DNA from: an uncultured Alphaproteobacteria bacterium
Lineage (GTDB): Bacteria > Pseudomonadota > Alphaproteobacteria > HIMB59 > GCA-002718135
Direction: 5' to 3'
Assembly: GCA_902540265.1 (NCBI GenBank)
Contig: CACBLW010000005.1
Location: 30,561 to 94,560 of the forward strand
DNA: 64,000 nucleotides
The notes beneath the pieces are model-generated. The model was not told where the DNA came from. It made no database searches and worked only from the letters and a program-made list of their open reading frames with translations. The position numbers and the translations under genes were made by a program. Shown here in pieces: positions 62,153-64,000 of this stretch (within the stretch, counting starts at the first letter, position 1; each line of letters opens with the position of its first letter).

Positions 62153-64000
62153 TTAATTTATAGTTTGAAGACTTTTTATTGTGAATTCTTGAGTTTTCAT
62201 ATGTTCAATAGCATCTACAGCAACTTTTGCTCCAGCTATTGTTGTGTAATATGGAATATTATACATTAAGGATGTTCTTCTAATACTATAGCTATCTCTA
62301 ATAGATGATTGAGTTTTTGTTGTATTAATCACTAGCTGAATTTCATTATTAATTAATGAGTCAACTACATGAGGATGACCTTCTTTTACTTTATTTACTA
62401 TTTTTGTCTTAATGTTGTTAGTATTTAAGTATTCAGCAGTCCCTTTAGTTGCAAGTAGATTAAAATCTAATTCTTTTAACTTTTGTGCTATCTCAATAAT
62501 GTACTTTTTATTATCATTATCTATTGAGATAAAAACTGTCCCTTTAGATGGAAGAATATTACCACAAGCTATTTGACTTTTTATATAGGAAGATAAAAAA
62601 GTTTCATCTATTCCCATGACTTCTCCAGTGGATTTCATTTCAGGACCTAATATTAGGTCAACTCCATCAAATTTATTGAAAGGAAAAACAGATTCTTTTA
62701 CATTAAAGTTTTTTAATTCATTAATTTTATAATCATTCAAAATTGAATTAAGATTTTCTCCGACCATTACTTTTGCTGCAATTTTTGCGACTGGAATACC
62801 TTTTGATTTAGCCACAAATGGTACAGTCCTGCTGGCTCTTGGGTTTACTTCTAAAACATATATTTTTTTATCTTTAATTGCTAATTGAGTATTCATTAAA
62901 CCAATAACATTAATTTCATTCGCAATTTTTGATACCCACTCAATTATTTTATTCTGAGTTTCTTTACTAACTGAATAGGGGGGTAAGGAACAAGCACTAT
63001 CTCCAGAGTGAATTCCTGCCTCTTCTATGTGTTCCATAATCCCAGCTATAAATATTTCTCCATTTTTATCTCTAATGATATCTACATCTATTTCTTTGGC
63101 ATTCTCAAGATATTCATCAATCAAAATTACATTATTTGAAGAAACTTCAAGAGCTTCACTAGAAAATGATTCTAAACTATCTTTATCATATGCGATTTGC
63201 ATAGCTCTTCCTCCAAGTACATATGAGGGTCTAACTAAAACAGGATATCCAATTTCTTCAGCTTTTTCTAAAGTTTGAGTTACCGTATTTGCAAAAGCAT
63301 TTTTTGGTTGAGCAATTTTTAGTTTCATTAATATTTCACTAAATCTATCTCTATCTTCAGCTAAATCTATTGCTTCAGTTGAAGTTCCTATAACTTTTAT
63401 TCCAGCCTCTTCTAATTCTTTTGCAATTTTTAAAGGAGTCTGGCCTCCAAATTGAACTAATACACCATGAACATTTCCATTACTTTTTTCTTTATTGTAA
63501 ATTTCAATAACACTTTCAGCTGAAAGTGGTTCAAAATAAAGTCTATCAGCAGTATCATAGTCAGTTGAAACTGTTTCGGGGTTACAATTTATCATTATTG
63601 TTTCAATGCCCTTTTCTTTCAATGCATATACAGCATGTACACAGCAATAATCAAATTCAATGCCTTGACCTATTCTATTAGGGCCACCTCCAAGAATTAT
63701 TACTTTGTCTTTTGATGTAGGATTTGCTTCACAGAATTTAGTATTTTCAAAATCCCAATCGTAAGTAGAATAAAGATACGGAGTTTTAGAACTAAATTCA
63801 CCTGCACAAGTATCCACTAGTCTGAAGACAGGATTAATATCGTTATTATTTCTAAATTCTCTTAATTCTTTTTCTTTAATACTTAATATTGATGAGATTT
63901 TACTATCTGAGAAGCCTATTTTCTTAGCATTTAAAATTATATCTTTGTTGAGACCTTTTTCTTTTAATATTTTTTCAAAATCAATTATTGTTTTAATTTG
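62153..64000 (-). CDS. carB: Carbamoyl-phosphate synthase large subunit (C-terminal part; starts beyond the window)
   Basis: The frame stays open to the window end (GFSD...PVFRLVDTCAGEF); GGGPNRIGQGIEFDY, RPSYVLGG, GIHSGDS, EVNPRASRT, MGS domain. Confidence 0.98.
   Translation of the reverse strand, partial: QIKTIIDFEKILKEKGLNKDIILNAKKIGFSDSKISSILSIKEKELREFRNNNDINPVFRLVDTCAGEFSSKTPYLYSTYDWDFENTKFCEANPTSKDKVIILGGGPNRIGQGIEFDYCCVHAVYALKEKGIETIMINCNPETVSTDYDTADRLYFEPLSAESVIEIYNKEKSNGNVHGVLVQFGGQTPLKIAKELEEAGIKVIGTSTEAIDLAEDRDRFSEILMKLKIAQPKNAFANTVTQTLEKAEEIGYPVLVRPSYVLGGRAMQIAYDKDSLESFSSEALEVSSNNVILIDEYLENAKEIDVDIIRDKNGEIFIAGIMEHIEEAGIHSGDSACSLPPYSVSKETQNKIIEWVSKIANEINVIGLMNTQLAIKDKKIYVLEVNPRASRTVPFVAKSKGIPVAKIAAKVMVGENLNSILNDYKINELKNFNVKESVFPFNKFDGVDLILGPEMKSTGEVMGIDETFLSSYIKSQIACGNILPSKGTVFISIDNDNKKYIIEIAQKLKELDFNLLATKGTAEYLNTNNIKTKIVNKVKEGHPHVVDSLINNEIQLVINTTKTQSSIRDSYSIRRTSLMYNIPYYTTIAGAKVAVDAIEHMKTQEFTIKSLQTIN

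Noticed and set aside
62153..63817. carB as a truncated 554-aa gene or pseudogene
   Set aside because: The reading frame remains open to the window edge; the ORF-track start is an internal GTG.

Overview
A very AT-rich, gene-dense 64 kb stretch of core chromosome from a streamlined alphaproteobacterium. The class I LysRS, split pntAA/pntAB, cobS/cobT-dnaJ-bolA cluster, type-B L36 and the DUF1178/DUF4167 gene order point to Alphaproteobacteria. Low GC plus pfkA and pyk suggest a marine HIMB59/AEGEAN-169-like or similar lineage (inference). The window holds about 60 CDSs and one tRNA-Val(GAC). Three CDSs are missing from the ORF track: an enoyl-CoA hydratase fragment at the left edge, a 42-aa membrane protein and rpmJ. 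I saw no mobile element, CRISPR array or long repeat. The main observations are: (1) an rpmB-yhhQ-tgt operon whose TGT has the GGSLG pocket seen in queuine-inserting TGTs, suggesting queuine scavenging by a free-living bacterium; (2) a two-gene saccharopine (LKR+SDH) module coupled to uvrB; (3) a MarR gene with a clear palindromic operator heading lysS-pyrD; (4) a tRNA-Val with C33 in place of U33; (5) apparently leaderless promoters on rpsU, rpmB, rpmJ and greA; (6) convergent genes with interlocked stop codons and no room for terminators; (7) several uncharacterised modules, including a Tyr-less SDR with DUF6134, ELM1 with a 2OG-oxygenase, a possible degenerate cupin, and a small membrane protein with a 595-aa exported protein. 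All family assignments come from motif recognition by eye, not from database searches.
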